Shown in pieces: positions 1-12,847 of a DNA stretch of 64,000 nt (the first letter of the stretch is position 1; the number at the start of each line of letters is the position of its first letter). Below the pieces are notes generated by a model. That model was not told where the DNA came from. It did no database searches and saw nothing but the letters and a program-made list of their open reading frames with translations. The translations under genes were made by a program, and so were the position numbers. Source of the DNA: Octopus sinensis (taxonomy: Eukaryota). Where the stretch lies: the NCBI RefSeq assembly GCF_006345805.1, contig NC_042999.1, positions 121,830,001-121,894,000 of the forward strand, written 5' to 3'.

Positions 1-1369
1 TAGGTAGAGTTAAAATTCATATCGACATATGTAAAACGTGAAATTTTATTTCCTGCTCCTTTCTAACAGCTACGTATTAATAACATACTTCATTGATGGA
101 AATACATAATGCAACGTTACTAAGTCAATTTTAGGATCTCATTATCACTCAATCTCAAGAAAAATCATCCAAATTGTCATCCACCTTCATCCTGCTATCT
201 TAAACTGAATTAAAATAGGATATTCTTGAAAACAAAACTAGATGGTCATGGCTGAGATGTCTGACTTTTGGTAGATTTGTTTGACTAAACCCTTAAATGT
301 AGAGTGCCAGCATAGCTACATTTGTATGACTGAAAGAAGTAAAAGGATTTATAAAATTAAAACTGAAGTGTGGATTCCTGCTTTTTTGAGAAAGACAACC
401 AACAGTAATGAGATATAATAGTTTTCAAATTCTAGATGATCCATAACTTGTTACTACCCAACTCAGGATGACCATGTAAACTTATGAAAACAATAACTTT
501 CTTTGACAACTAATCATAAGTATATGCTGTGAATGTGAAGCATAATCTGTTGTGTCCTGGTGTTTACTGATAACTAATTTATCAATCCTGAATAGATTAA
601 AGTCAGAATTGATTGGCAGAATTTAATTCAAAATTTGGAAAGTTAAAAGTAAATATTGCCTCAATTATTTGACTTGAATTAAAGAGTTCTCCTTGTGTTT
701 TGATTGTACTCACAAACAATTTAATAAACAATGGGAAAAGTTCATATTCTATATGAAAAGACATTGATTATCAGTTTCAGTTTTCAGCTATTGTGTTTAA
801 TTTTTGAAAGAGAAAATTAAAACTACTCTGAACTTAAACTTAGAATAATTTCAGAATTCAACAGCTTTATTTATTATAACTTGTGAAGTTAATTATTGTT
901 TAACTAAAGTTTTATCTTATCAAATATATATAATACTATCTACTACATATTCTGCAATTTGGAATGTAATTTAGTCTTCAGGATTTGCATTGCATTAAGT
1001 TCATAATATGTTATTATCTTCTGAACAATAGATTTTTAATTGATAGACTATATTCAATATTGAATAACATACCACTGTTTACATGAAATAATCTTAGTTT
1101 TTTGCATATTGTTTAAAATAGGTACCACATATACAATATATTCTACAATAGAATATAGAACTAAGTACATTTCCAATATTTGCCTGGGTATTAAGTATGT
1201 GTTCCAGAGCCATTTCTACATTCTTTTTACTTAAAATGAATGGGATGGGATCTGTTTGTAATTGTAACATATTTATAATTGCTAAGTAATAACAAATTGC
1301 ATCCATGCTCAGTTTGAAGGTCTTAACATTAAAGTGATAGTATCACATTGAACATTCTTTGTGGTTTTA

Positions 1370-2345
1370 TTGTTTTACTTGTTTCAATTATTAGGATGCA
1401 GCCATTCTGGCTACTACATTCAGGGGTTTCAACCACTTGCATCAATGACCCATTCTTTATTTTAAATCTGTTATTTATTTTACTGATTTTACTGATTTAT
1501 TGAATACAAATCAGAACACTATTGTATACCAGTATATATAAACATACCTACCTTGCCCAAAACATATGTGTGTGTATGTGTTTGTGTATGTGTGTGTGTG
1601 TATGTCTGTGTGTGTGTGTGTGTACATGTATGTGCATGCATATATCTCTATCTATCCATATGTACTTACACACACACACACATAAAGGATTTCTGCCACA
1701 CAATTTCTGCCTACTAATTCAACTTACAGATTATTGGTCAACTAATGCTAGAGTAGAAATCACTTAGAAAATTATTTTTAAATCTCACAGCGAGAGGTAT
1801 TCAGCAACACTACTTTGTAGTAAAGATTGTTTGCCAACATAACATGGCAGTCCTGGTTTAGGACAAATGTTGCTATTATTTACCCCAGGAGACATCGTCT
1901 CCAGCTGGCTATACAGCACGATCGCTGTCCTAATATTTTTGAACAAGGGACTCTAGCACCCCAACTCAGCTCAAAATAATATCTGCAAATCAGGATTTCT
2001 GGGTTATTTCTCTTCATCAGCTCAGAACAATTGTTCAGCTAGATGTGGCACTGCCAAATTCCTATTTGAAATAAATAGCTTTCAAAATGACAACTAGTTA
2101 CTGATCTATAAATTAGAAAATTATTATTCTTAAATGTCACAATGAGAGACACAGAATGTGTTGCATAACCAGCTGGAGACGATGTCTTCTGGGTCTAAAT
2201 CACAGCAACTTTTGTCCTAAACCAGGACTGCTATGTTATGTTGGCAAACAATCTTTACTAGAAATCACTTGTCCAAGATTTCACATGGCAGGATTGAACC
2301 CAAAATAGGATGGTTGCAAAGTAAACTTCTTAACTAGATTACTGT
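1370..2345 (-). mobile_element. Decayed tRNA-derived SINE with internal (TG)n/(CA)n, split by the insertion at 1766-2258
   Basis: Reverse-strand similarity to the SINEs at 5020-5410 and 43085-43510; the SINE motif 'gtagaaatcacttg' is duplicated either side of the insertion. Confidence 0.55.
1766..2258. mobile_element. Non-autonomous PLE-like insertion with inverted arms, a short direct repeat and a decayed hammerhead
   Basis: 12-bp TSD TAGAAATCACTT (1754-1765, 2259-2270); ~100-bp inverted arms 1818-1920 and 2157-2260; direct repeat 1764-1796 and 2113-2148; CTGATGA on minus at 2014-2020 followed by GAAA. Confidence 0.7.
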
Positions 2346-2994
2346 GTATAGAATTCATTTAATGATATAAATATAAATGATAAACAACTAGTAAAAAATA
2401 CTTTTCAGAAAATATTTTGTTTTGATGCAAACCACAGACATTGTGAATATGTTAAAAATAATTTCTCTATTAATATTTATTTTGATTAAATACAAAGGCA
2501 TGTTTAACTATTATTGATTCTTCTTTGTAGAATTTAACTAAAACCTGGAAAATAACATCCATCCTAGGATTTATATTTTATGATGTTAAGAATGTGAATA
2601 TTATAATAATTTTATTTATCCTGTTCCATATAAAACTATATTCATCCTCACTAAAGTGGGTGACACCTGAATAATTATTATGTCAACTTTGAACAAACTT
2701 AAGTATGACTGTATAACACCTATTAATACATTCATAAGCTTTGCCAAAACTATATTCTTTTATTCTTTTATATGTTTCTGCCCTAATGGTGTGGCCATGC
2801 TGGGGCACTACCAGATTACATTATATGGTTATCATGTCTTTTATAAACAGTTTGATTGCAAGGCCATATACATTATGATTACACTGAAGCTGAACGCGCA
2901 TAGCACTGAAACTGCAAACATTTTTCTTTTATCAGTTTAAAGTCTTCTGTTTAGAGATTATAACTAATCTATATTGATATAAATTTCATCATCA

Positions 2995-3213
2995 TCATAA
3001 TGGTTACAAATTTTACCCCAAGGGCAGAAATTTGCAGAGAGGGGATGAGTTGATTACATCGATCCCAGTGTTCAACTGGTATTTATTTTATTGACCCTGA
3101 AATGATGAATAGGAAAGTCAACCTCAGCAGAATTTGAACTCAGAATGTAACAACAGGCAATATACTGTTAAGCATTTCATCCAGCACACTAATGAGCCTG
3201 CCAGCTCACCGCC
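2995..3213 (-). mobile_element. tRNA-derived SINE (family of 12848-13079)
   Basis: Reverse complement reads AGGCGGTGAGCTGGCAG...GAGTTCAAATTCTGCTGAGGTTGACTTT, matching the 12848 copy. Confidence 0.8.
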
Positions 3214-3248
3214 TTGATTATAATAATAATAATAATGATGATGATGAT

Positions 3249-3287
<39 letters not shown>

Positions 3288-3289
3288 GA

Positions 3290-3415
3290 TAGTAAAAAGT
3301 ATCCTAGGGACAGCTAGGATACTTAGGAGGGTTCTTGGCATCTAATGTTACTTGTTGTAGTCTGATGTTAGGAATTTTTCTTTTCCAACAGTCTTATCTG
3401 TTGTGTGAATATGAA
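3290..3415 (+). mobile_element. Short 3' end of an R4/Dong-like LINE within (TAA)n
   Basis: Translates ILGTARILRRVLGI*, similar to the C-terminus LMGTAHILRKILSM* of the 60830-61840 ORF; flanked by TAA repeats on both sides. Confidence 0.6.
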
Positions 3416-4109
3416 TAATGATAATGATAAAAATAATAATAATCTGTTAACATGTCAATAAAAGGCTCACAGTAGTTCCTTCTAAAATACCCCACCCTTT
3501 TCGAATATAAGCACACAACAGATAACTTAGATATACCATCCTTATCAAGAAGTTCAAAATGTGTTGTTTAAGTTAATGGATATCCTACATCTGAACAGCA
3601 TGCCAGTGACCCATTTTGAGATCAAGCTGAGAAAAGAAATCTAAAAGAAATTAAGTTGAATATCTGCCACTATTATCACATATGACTCAACACAGGTAAT
3701 TAAGAAACAAAGGTAGCTGCAGAGAATTAGCATGAAATGGAATAATACAATGGCAAAGCAAACTTAAAATTGTGATGGAAGCATAACCTGTAGGTACTAT
3801 ATATAATATTTATTTTGGGGATTACTAGCTGGGCTCTCATTCTACATGTACCATTATGGATGCAGTGAAAGGAGTAGTTGATCCACTGAGGCAACGTCAT
3901 CTTGTATATAGAACATTAAAAAAATATATGAAAACCGTTGGTATTAGGTTGAAATGGAATCAACTTTACTACACATCATACATAGGTGCTTGTTTAGGAT
4001 ATGTGGGCAAATGCATTCATATTTGACCATCTATGTATTTTTTCTGAGTGTATGTATATATGTATGTATGTATTCATTCTAAATGATTGATACAGAAGAC
4101 AGAGTAACT

Positions 4110-4528
4110 AGAAGCTTTATTTAGCTCAACAATTGTTTCAGCCAGGCACAGAGGTTTATCTTTGGCTAGGTATTTCTCCTGCAGCTGTCTTACCAGAAAT
4201 ATAGCATCAGTGGTGCTTTTCTCTGGTACAAACCCAAACTGCATCACATCTAGACTGACTCTCTCCCTAATTAGTTGGGCTATGACCCCTCTCCGTGACT
4301 TTCATTACCTGATCTGACAACCTGATACTTCTGTAATTATTTGTATCTAATGTGAAAACCTTTGTAGCAGTTAACTATGGTGCTGCTAGACCAGTTATTG
4401 GGTATGACTCCATGTATCACCTGGTTGACTATATGGGTGACTAGACTATAGCCAACACTGCCAGATATTTTAAACATCTCTGTGGTGATTCCTGATAGGC
4501 CAAGGCTTTCCCTGTCTTCATACCTTTA
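4110..4528 (-). mobile_element. RTE-clade LINE reverse-transcriptase fragment (decayed)
   Basis: Minus translation gives GITTEMFK, IVNCYKG, NYRSI and MQFGFVPEKSTTDAIFLVRQLQEKY (early RT domains). Confidence 0.85.
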
Positions 4529-4687
4529 ATCGTGCTTTATATATATAGACAGATATAGATATATATAGAGCACGATTTATTTGTGATTAGAGATGTTCAT
4601 AAACCAAGGTGCTATTGTTTTAAATGAATTTGAGAAAGACCGGAGATAAAGTACGATTCATTCGTGATCAGAGGGTCTATTGCATAT

Positions 4688-4871
4688 ATAAAAGCACCCA
4701 CTACACTCTCAGAGTGGTTGGCACTCTGGAAGGGCATCCAGCTGTAAAAAAACTCTGCCAGATCAGATTGGGGCCTGGTGCACCCATCTGGCTTGCCAGT
4801 CCTCAGTCAAACCGTTCAACCCATGCCAGCATGGAAAGCAGACGTTAAATGATGAGGATGATGATGATGAT
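4688..4871 (+). mobile_element. RTE-type 3' tail fragment ending in (GAT)n
   Basis: AAAAGCACCCACTACACTC...GGAAGGGCATCCAGC...CATGGAAAGCAGACGTTAAATGATG; same as the 3' end of the RTE at 11375-12612. Confidence 0.8.
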
Positions 4872-5019
4872 ATGTTTTACACAATCTTTGTGTAAATTTA
4901 TTTAAATAAAAAAACCTAGTACACTTCATGACAATGTGCTATTTTATTATGTGTAACACTAGCAGTATTTTCCTTTCAAAAACATAACTATTTATAGTGT
5001 TCCTTAAAAAAAAAATTAT

Positions 5020-5410
5020 AGTGTAGCTGTGTGGTAAACAGTTTGCTTTCCAACCACATGGTTCTAGGTCCAGTACCACTGTGTGGTACCTTGGGCATGT
5101 GTCTTCCACTTTAACCACAGATTGACCAAAGCCTTGTGAGTGGATGTGATAGACAGAAACAGAAAAGAAGCCCATTGTATGTATATTTATGTCTGTGTGT
5201 GCTTTTTCATCTGTGATTTTCCTCCACCACTGCTTGACAACCAGTCCTGGTGTGTTTACATACCCATAATGTAGCAATTCATCATGAGAAATCGGAATAA
5301 ATACCAGGCTTAAAAGAATAAGTACTGGTGTCCATTCATTTGACTAAAGTTCTTCAAAGCAGAGCTCCAGCATGGCTGCAGCAGATTAACGACTGACACT
5401 AACGATAAAA
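5020..5410 (+). mobile_element. tRNA-derived SINE with a CORE-like centre
   Basis: Head GTAGCTGTGTGGTAA, centre TGGTACCTTGGGCATGTGTCTT, tail CTCCAGCATGGCTGCAG; homologous to 43085-43510. Confidence 0.75.
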
Positions 5411-5754
5411 GTTCAAGGTAATGGATGGGGTGAAAGAGTGATTGCTGTTTTATGCAGAGTGGGATGACATTTCAGGCCTAACCCTTTTAACAAGTAAAAA
5501 AAATCGTTTTTGAGTGTTTGCATTAAATTTCAAATGAGCAATAGAGTTGACTAATCAAAGTGCCTAATGCAATTAGTGTTGACAGTCACTTAATATGTTT
5601 CTCAGTTTTTATTGCCCACTCATCACTTTGGCATGTGCTTACTATCAAGCTGGGTGCATAGCCAAAATCTAAAGTACTGTATTTTAGATATAGGGAGCAA
5701 AATAGTATTTTCATTCTTTTATTCTACATTCTATTTTTTCTCTCCTCACATTGT

Positions 5755-6135
5755 CTGAAGGGAAGAGTCTGTCATATACTGCTAAATTCAAGTTTGATGT
5801 CATTATTTATGCAAAACCCCATGGAAATGAAGATGTTTTAGTCCTCATCAACAAAAAAATAAATAGATAAATAAATAAATATAATTCAATGTTGGCTAAC
5901 TCAAGAAAGGAAATTGAAAATTTCTAAAAGTGTTAAGTGCAATTTCTGGAGAAAAAATGCAAAATAGCAAGATCTTGAAAATATACTATAGGAATATTTT
6001 TTCAATTAGAGAAGGCAAAGAATATTCATTTCTACAAATATGATAATCTTTAAAGCAAAGAGGATCACATGTGATGATAGTCTAGAAGATTTTTATTGAC
6101 CATGCATCATGGTGTTATTGGTTAATGAAAAGTTA
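5755..6135 (+). mobile_element. Possible pogo/Tigger-like transposase N-terminal remnant
   Basis: Translates KSLSYTAKFKFDVIIYAKPHGN (Brinker-type DNA-binding-domain pattern) and later ASWC..W.MK (CENP-B HTH-like); heavily decayed. Confidence 0.35.
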
Positions 6136-6149
6136 TCCAAAGAATGTGT

Positions 6150-6392
6150 CACCTTTACCTTTGTAGCAGTTGACTATGGTGCTGCTACACCAGTTATTGG
6201 GTATGACTCCTTCATGTATCACCTGGTTGACTAGGCTATAGCCAACACTGTGAGATATTTTAAACATCTCTGTGGTGATTCCTGATGGGCGGGGGTGGGG
6301 GGCTTTCCCTGTCTTCATACCCTTAATCGTGCTTTATATATATAAATAGATATAGATAGATATATAAAGCACGATTTATTTGTGATCAGAGC
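6150..6392 (-). mobile_element. Second copy of the RTE RT fragment plus TA-cored hairpin
   Basis: Similar to 4358-4593 including the junction; ORF 6133-6318(-) MKTGKAP...GITTEMFK...IVNCYKGKGD. Confidence 0.8.
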
Positions 6393-7311
6393 AAAAGTTA
6401 CCCAAATAATGGGCTGTCTTGTGGAAATGAAAATTTGTGCTTTTTACAAGTATATTTATTATACAGTTAAAAAAGAATTTTCATTTGACTTGTCTAAAAC
6501 AGTGAACATGTACGAAACGTAATTAACATTTAACATTGCAAGCAAATGAAGAAATGATGTAAAAATTACTAAAACTATTACTGTGAAGACTATTGGACTA
6601 AGCAAATATAAATATCACATTATACAGTGGTGCTAGCAGACTGTGCAGATGGAACAAAATTACCACCAATGTTATTTTTTAAAAGCAAAACAATGCCTAA
6701 AGGTAATTTATGCAGCAGTGGTTATGTTCTTATACATGAAAAAGGATGAAGGGATGAAGGTAGACTATGACTTCGGTTTGAAAAAATTTAATACAGCATC
6801 CAGGGTTTATTAAAGAAGCCTTCTCACCTCATCTGGGATTTCTTCAGAGCTCATGAGATGAAAACAAAATGAGAGAAAAAGCTAGTGATTTAAAAATACA
6901 ACTGGCTATTATGCCTGACTGTTTAAATTAACAACAATCTCGCAAAGTTTCTGTAACAAATGCTTTAAGAATTTAAGGAGAGAGAAATTGAATAACTGGA
7001 TGCAGCAGGAAGATTTTGCTGTAACTTTGACTGGATGAAGAAAAGATCAATGCTTGCACTGCTATGCATGTGGGTGAAATTGCCAAAACTAAGGCGTCAC
7101 TGCTAAGAATTCTTAGATTGGGACACTTCGGATGATTATGGTCCCTGTTAGTGTATATGTTTTCATTCATGTGCATTAACTACAGCATTAGAGCATTTGG
7201 TCCTTATTTCTAGCAATCTAGGTGTTTCCTAACACCCTATTCACATTTAGTGATATTTATAATTCTCTTTTTTTAATTTGGTGAAACATTGCAAACTGCT
7301 GTTTATATTAA

Positions 7312-7335
7312 TTTATATGTATATATATGCATATG

Positions 7336-7371
<36 letters not shown>

Positions 7372-7373
7372 TA

Positions 7374-7417
<44 letters not shown>

Positions 7418-7472
7418 ATATATGCATATTTGTTTACATATATATATATATACACATGCATGTATACACATA
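7312..7472. repeat. (TA)n microsatellite cluster
   Basis: Direct inspection. Confidence 0.95.
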
Positions 7473-8269
7473 TATGGCTATTTTTACTTTCAGATCTATC
7501 TCATATACTTTTTTACTTCATATTTCTTGAATATTCTTCTCAATCTTTTTTATTTGTGGAATGGGCTTTTTTCACAAAAAGTAATCACAAGGGATTATCT
7601 ATTGTTTGATCTGTTCTTAATAACTTTGCACCTTTCAGATTTGGCTGTTTCAGAATAACAGACTATTGTAATATGATAGAACAAATGGCTTTAAGCAACT
7701 GCTGTTACTGAAAGAGGCCTTACCATAGAGTACATTTCACATAACTAAATTGACATCCTTCCTTTGATTGTTAGATAACCTTGCTAGAACCAGAAGAATT
7801 ATATCTAGTTGATCGATAATCCCTTATTACTTATTGGCCCACTTCAATTCTGTAATATTTTTGTCTTATCCTAACACTATTTACAGTTCTTCTCTTAAGA
7901 ATTTTCTCTCAAGTATCGTGCACCAACTCAATTTAAGCTCATGTATTATATACACTTGTTTACTTGCCTTCAGCCATATTTAGTTATTCTTCTATAACAT
8001 AGAACTAAAATATCACATGCAATTTGCATGTAATGTATACTGATCAGTGGAACATTCATGTAACAATGAATCATGTTAACATCTGCTTTATAAAACATCA
8101 ATAGCACCATCTATTAAGTTTAAGAAATTTGTTCAACATAAGGTGGTACTCCAGCATAGTCACAGTCTAATGATTGAAACAAGAAAAAGAATAAAGCAAA
8201 TAATTTTATTTTAGAATATCTTAACCATTAAATTTTTAGATAGTGTTGCCATTTGATATCTTTTTATTT

Positions 8270-8450
8270 TTATTTTGTTAAACTTGGAAGAAGAAGAGGT
8301 TACCTATGTCCTTTGTGCGCTCTCTGAGATGGGAAAAATCGTTGTCTTTGAATTGTTCCACTTGAATTTTCCTATGTCAATGAGTGCAGGAAAGATATGT
8401 GCAGAAAAAGAATTCCACAAGGCTGATTCCAGGTGGTCAATTCTAGAGGG
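8270..8450 (-). mobile_element. CR1/Jockey-like LINE 3' end, probably continuing 9560-10070
   Basis: Minus translation ALWNSFSAHIFPALIDIGKFKWN resembles the LWN.LP...F C-terminal motif of such LINEs. Confidence 0.45.
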
Positions 8451-8454
8451 GAAT

Positions 8455-8905
8455 CATCATCATCATCATTTAACGTCTGTTGACCATGCTGGCATGGGTT
8501 GGATGGTTTGATCAGGACTGTCAAACTGAGATGCTACACCGGACACCAGTCTGATTTGGCATGGTTTCTACGGTTGAATGCCCTTCCTAATGCCAACCAT
8601 TCAGAGAATGTAATGAGTGCTTTTACGTGCCACCAGCAAGGGTGCCAGTTGTGTGACACTTGTATCTGCCAGGACTATGATTTTGCTTGGCTTGATGGGT
8701 CATCTTCTTAAGCATGACATAATGCCAAAGGTCTTGGTCATTTGTTATTGCCTCTGTGAAGCCCAACACTTGAAAGGTGCTTTTTACATGCCACCAGCAT
8801 CAGCCATATTGCTTCTATAAGACCCAATACTTAAAAGGTGCTTTTTACGTGCCACTGGCATGGGTGCCAGTAACATGACACCAGCATCAGCCACAACTAT
8901 GATTT
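8455..8905 (-). mobile_element. RTE 3' UTR/tail fragment with internal repeats
   Basis: Starts with (CAT)n + TTAACGTC; contains GCCCTTCCTAATGCCAACC and repeated GTGCTTTT(T)ACGTGCCAC units. Confidence 0.8.
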
Positions 8906-9557
8906 CATTTATTGTTTGATAAAATAATGCTCTTCCACTACTCTAGGGACCAATTCTGTAGGTTTTCACTCCACTCTAAACGCTTTGCAACGTTTGTTTT
9001 TGAAAGTAGTAGTTTTCTGATTGTAGCTCTCCCATGAAATCTAGCTTTGTGCAGCTCCTGGCAAATCGCTTTTGTGGAAACTGAGTTCTCGAGGTGGTCA
9101 TTAAGCTCTGCAGTAATTTTGGATGCTATACTTCTGTGTTCCTTTCTAACAATTCACGTAAGAGTCCAACGGTCCCTATCTGAAAGCTTTGGTTTTCTTC
9201 TGGAGTTTTGTTTTGACGAAAAGGTTTTTTCCCTCTTTCTCAAAGGTTGTCATTACTTTTGAGACAGTACTTCTTGATATAGCAAATATTTCAGCTGTTT
9301 TCATTATGCTAGTGCCTGCCGTATGAGCACCAACAATTTTACCCCTTTGAAAGTCTGATAGATCTGTCATTTTAATAAATTCTAATTACCTTTTTCTGAT
9401 AATATCTGAAAAGAAACAGTAATTTTAGCAAAACATATTAAGCAACACTAATAATAAATTTTAAAAAAAACATACAACTAAACAAGCTTTTGATGGTTTT
9501 ATAGATATTCCAAAATTATGATGCTAGGTGTTTCCATTATTTTGTCCAACACCTGTA
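8905..9557 (-). mobile_element. Tc1-like transposon, 5' half (one TIR + decayed transposase N-terminus)
   Basis: TIR TA|CAGGTGTTGGACAAAATAATGGAAACACC ending near 9555; ORF 9176-9370(-) MTDLSDFQRGKIVGA...ISRSTVSKV (HTH); further RELHKARFHGRA..RKLLLSKTNVAKRLEW. Confidence 0.85.
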
Positions 9558-9559
9558 TG

Positions 9560-10070
9560 TAAGGCAGCAGCGGCACTGTCCCAGATGCAGGAGCTATATT
9601 CTATTGCAGTTCTCTTTCTCTTCAGCCCTGTAAAGGATTAGTAGTTGTTGCAATGGGTCGATGGAAATGTGCTAGAATGCCTCAGTGATTGGGGCCTAGT
9701 ATTTAGAACTGTTACAAGGGCTCAATTTGCATGCTGCCCTTATCTAAATGGTAAGGAAGGGGTGTTAAGTGCAATGATTTTTTTTCTCTGTGGGCAGGGA
9801 TTGTATACTTATTTTTGCTGTTGAAGGAAATAAATTTGGCACAATCCCATAGGAGCATGTTTTTGAGTCAGTGCAGATTTGGCATGAGCCATCCAGTTTG
9901 TATGTGGATGACACTTAGGTGTGGAACATTACAGAGTGAAGTGTTGTATCATTTCTGTGAAAGTAACTGTTGGAGATGACAATGTGTAGGCCATTGATTT
10001 ATTGGAGGAGAGGTATTAGATGTTAAAGGACAACAGAGTTGATAGAAAGTGTTCTCTGGCACAGACCATG
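9560..10070 (-). mobile_element. Decayed CR1/Jockey-like LINE fragment
   Basis: Minus translation QQLLILYRA...RTAIEYSSCIWDSAAA matches the post-RT LYKA.IRP.MEY.S.IW motif; upstream boundary uncertain. Confidence 0.5.
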
Positions 10071-10220
10071 ATAGAGTGGTTTATTGATTGAAAAAAAATA
10101 TTAAGACAAATAGATTTAATCAATCTCTAACGAATCTTATTTGAATAAAAATGCTACAGTTTTATCATTATCCAAAATATTTTGCTCATCCTTACATTTA
10201 TGAAATGAAATCTATTACAG

Positions 10221-10379
10221 ACAAAACTTATCATAAAAGAAAAACAGTCCTACAGCCGTGAAATTGTTTTTGATCTGGCTACATCCTCAGACCAACCTCG
10301 ATCAAGGGTTCCTCATCTGGAGCACCGCTTAATAAAGAAAAATGATTCTTTATTATTACAAGTCACAGTTGGATCTGCG
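10221..10379 (+). CDS. Probable internal coding exon (phase 0/0) of a host membrane-protein gene: TKLIIKEKQSYSREIVFDLATSSDQPRSRVPHLEHRLIKKNDSLLLQVTVGSA
   Basis: Acceptor ttacAG, strong donor GCG|GTAAGT, 159 nt = 53 codons, only one + frame open, higher GC and non-repetitive relative to flanks; contains an NDS sequon. Confidence 0.7.
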
Positions 10380-11374
10380 GTAAGTATCTCTAAAATATTT
10401 TTTCTGAAAATATAACAATTTTTAATTTAAACTTACTTGTATCAAATCTTCATTTTGGAGTCTACGTTTATATTTGAAAATAATAACTGATAACTGATGC
10501 CTAATTTTCACATTAAAGTAAAATTATTTTGATATGCATTTTAAAATTGTTGTTTAGAAGTGCAAGTGAAACGAGTTTAAAATTCATTGCCTTTAATAAA
10601 TTGAATTATCTTCCTTTGATGACTAAGAATGTATTTCAAACTATTTGTTTCTGAAAGAGAAGAAAAATACACACGAGTAAAATTTCTTCAATTATAATTT
10701 TAAAATGTTTAATTTTAAATGCAATGTAATTTGTATTGGTACATCTGTCTCCTATCAATAAATAGAAAGAAAGTGTTGTAGCTCTATGATCCTTGCTATA
10801 AAATAAATTTTGTTTGTTTATATTTTCTTTATATATTTATGTATTTTATGTCTTTAATTTAACTTCGTTATATGATTAGAGTGTAAGTTTATAATTATGG
10901 AATGTAGAATAAATTATCATTACATATTAATGAAAACGAAAAATAATTAGATTATATTGAATTAATATATATATAAACTAATAATAACAAACAGAAATCA
11001 ACTAGTAATAGTAAATGAAACCAAATGGGTTGCTTTTAAAAATAAAATGATACATTCAATTAAATCAAAATGTTGCCATTTTGTATTAATACAAAAACAC
11101 AAAATGTGTATTAAAGTAATTTTTATAAGATATTTGCTTGGAATAAACAGAAAGTTTCAAAATCATTTGGATTATATTGGGCATCCCTGAAGACTTCACT
11201 GTTATAAAGTTTATCTTACTAACACAAAAACTATATTCTTCCCATAGAATATTTGTAAACCATAGAGCCTTTTAACACACATTATTCCACCAATACAAAG
11301 CTTAATTAGAAATTATCCCATTCTGAAAACCATAACGAAGAATCAGTCAAATACTTACACACAAACATGCACAG

Positions 11375-12612
11375 ATACCGTTTCTATGACACCCTACTGC
11401 AGACCACCTCATTGACGAATAACAGGGACCTTCTCTTTGTGGCTGGTGACTTCAATGAGCCTGTTGGATGACATGCTGGGGGCTTCCATGGCATACATGG
11501 AGGCTACGGTTATGGTTCCCACAATGAGGACAGAACAAAGCTGCTGGAGTTCTGCAATGCGAATAGTCTTATGGTTTGCAACACTAACTTCAGAAAACCT
11601 ACAAGCCACCTGGTCACCTACCGATCGGGCCAACATACTTGCCAAATCGACTACATCCTTGCCAGAAAAAGGGAAAGAGGTGCAGCAATATCAGAGGAAG
11701 GCTGATGGAAAATAGTTTTTGTGTGTGGAAGATGCCCTTGTACAATTAACATTAAAAATGTACAGAAAACAGACTTCATTAAGTGCCAGCGGGAAAAGTA
11801 GTTGATAATTTGTGTTACCTAGGTGACCAAGTCAGTAGCGGGGGGGGGGGATTCTCTAAGAGCATAGCTGTTGGAATAAGAATAAGCTGGGCAAAGTTCA
11901 GAGAGCCCCTACTTCTATTGGTAACAAAGAGCCTCTCTGACAGAGTGAAAGGTAGATTGTATGATGCCTGTGTACAAACAGCCATGCTACACAGCAGTGA
12001 AACATGGGCTGTGACTACTGAGAACATGTGTAGGCTTGAAAGAAATGAAGCTAGCATGCTTCACTGGATGTGTAATGTCAGTGTGCATGCACAACAGAGG
12101 GTAAGCATCTTGAGAGGAAAGTTGGGCATAAAAGACATCTGATGTGGTGTGCAAGAGAAATGACTGTGCTGGTATGATCATGTGATACACATGGATGAAG
12201 ACAGCTGAGTGAAGCAGTGCCAAACTCTAATGGTGGAGGGAACTTGTGGTCGAGGTAGACCCAGGAAGACATGGAACGAAGTAGTGAAGCATGATCTTTG
12301 AATGTTGAGTCTCATGGAGAGAAAGACAAGTGACTGAGACCTTTGGTGATATACTGCACTTAAGAAGACTTGTCAAGCCTAGTGACATCATAGTTGTGGC
12401 CGATGCCAGAACTGCATAGCTGACACCCAAGCTGGTGGCATATAAAAAGCACTTATTACTGTCCTGGAGGGGTTGGCATTAGGTAGGACATCCAGCCATA
12501 GAAACCATGCCAAATCAGATTGGAACCTCAGCTTACCAGTTTTCAGTCAAATCATCCAATCCATGCCAACATGGAAAACAGACATTAAATGATGATGGAG
12601 ATGATGATGACG
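11375..12612 (+). mobile_element. RTE-clade LINE with a large internal deletion (APE fragment joined to post-RT region and 3' tail)
   Basis: APE motifs LFVAGDFN, LLEFC.ANSLMVCNTNFRK, QIDYIL (11430-11680); then CYLG, WAKFRE, KGRLYDACV, MLHSSETW (ORF 11783-12142) and RGRPRKTW; ends in (GAT)n. Confidence 0.9.
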
Positions 12613-12847
12613 ATATATATAAGCCACATCTTTGTGAAAAGAATGTGGAAAAGCACTCATGAGATAAACACTTTCACTCTATCACAGTAGTAGATTATGG
12701 TCACCTGGAATCTGGTGGCATATGGCACATGATGCTGTTGAAGACCAGTTTTCAAATATTTCATAAGGGTTGAAAACAGCGACATTTATACTAAATATTT
12801 CTTTGATAGAAATGAGTGAAAAGTGAACAAGATAATATCTTTGTACA

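Noticed and set aside
7020-7180. piggyBac-like peptide traces (EEKINA..VKLPKLR)
   Set aside because: Needs a frameshift and is too short; no TIR or TTAA evidence.
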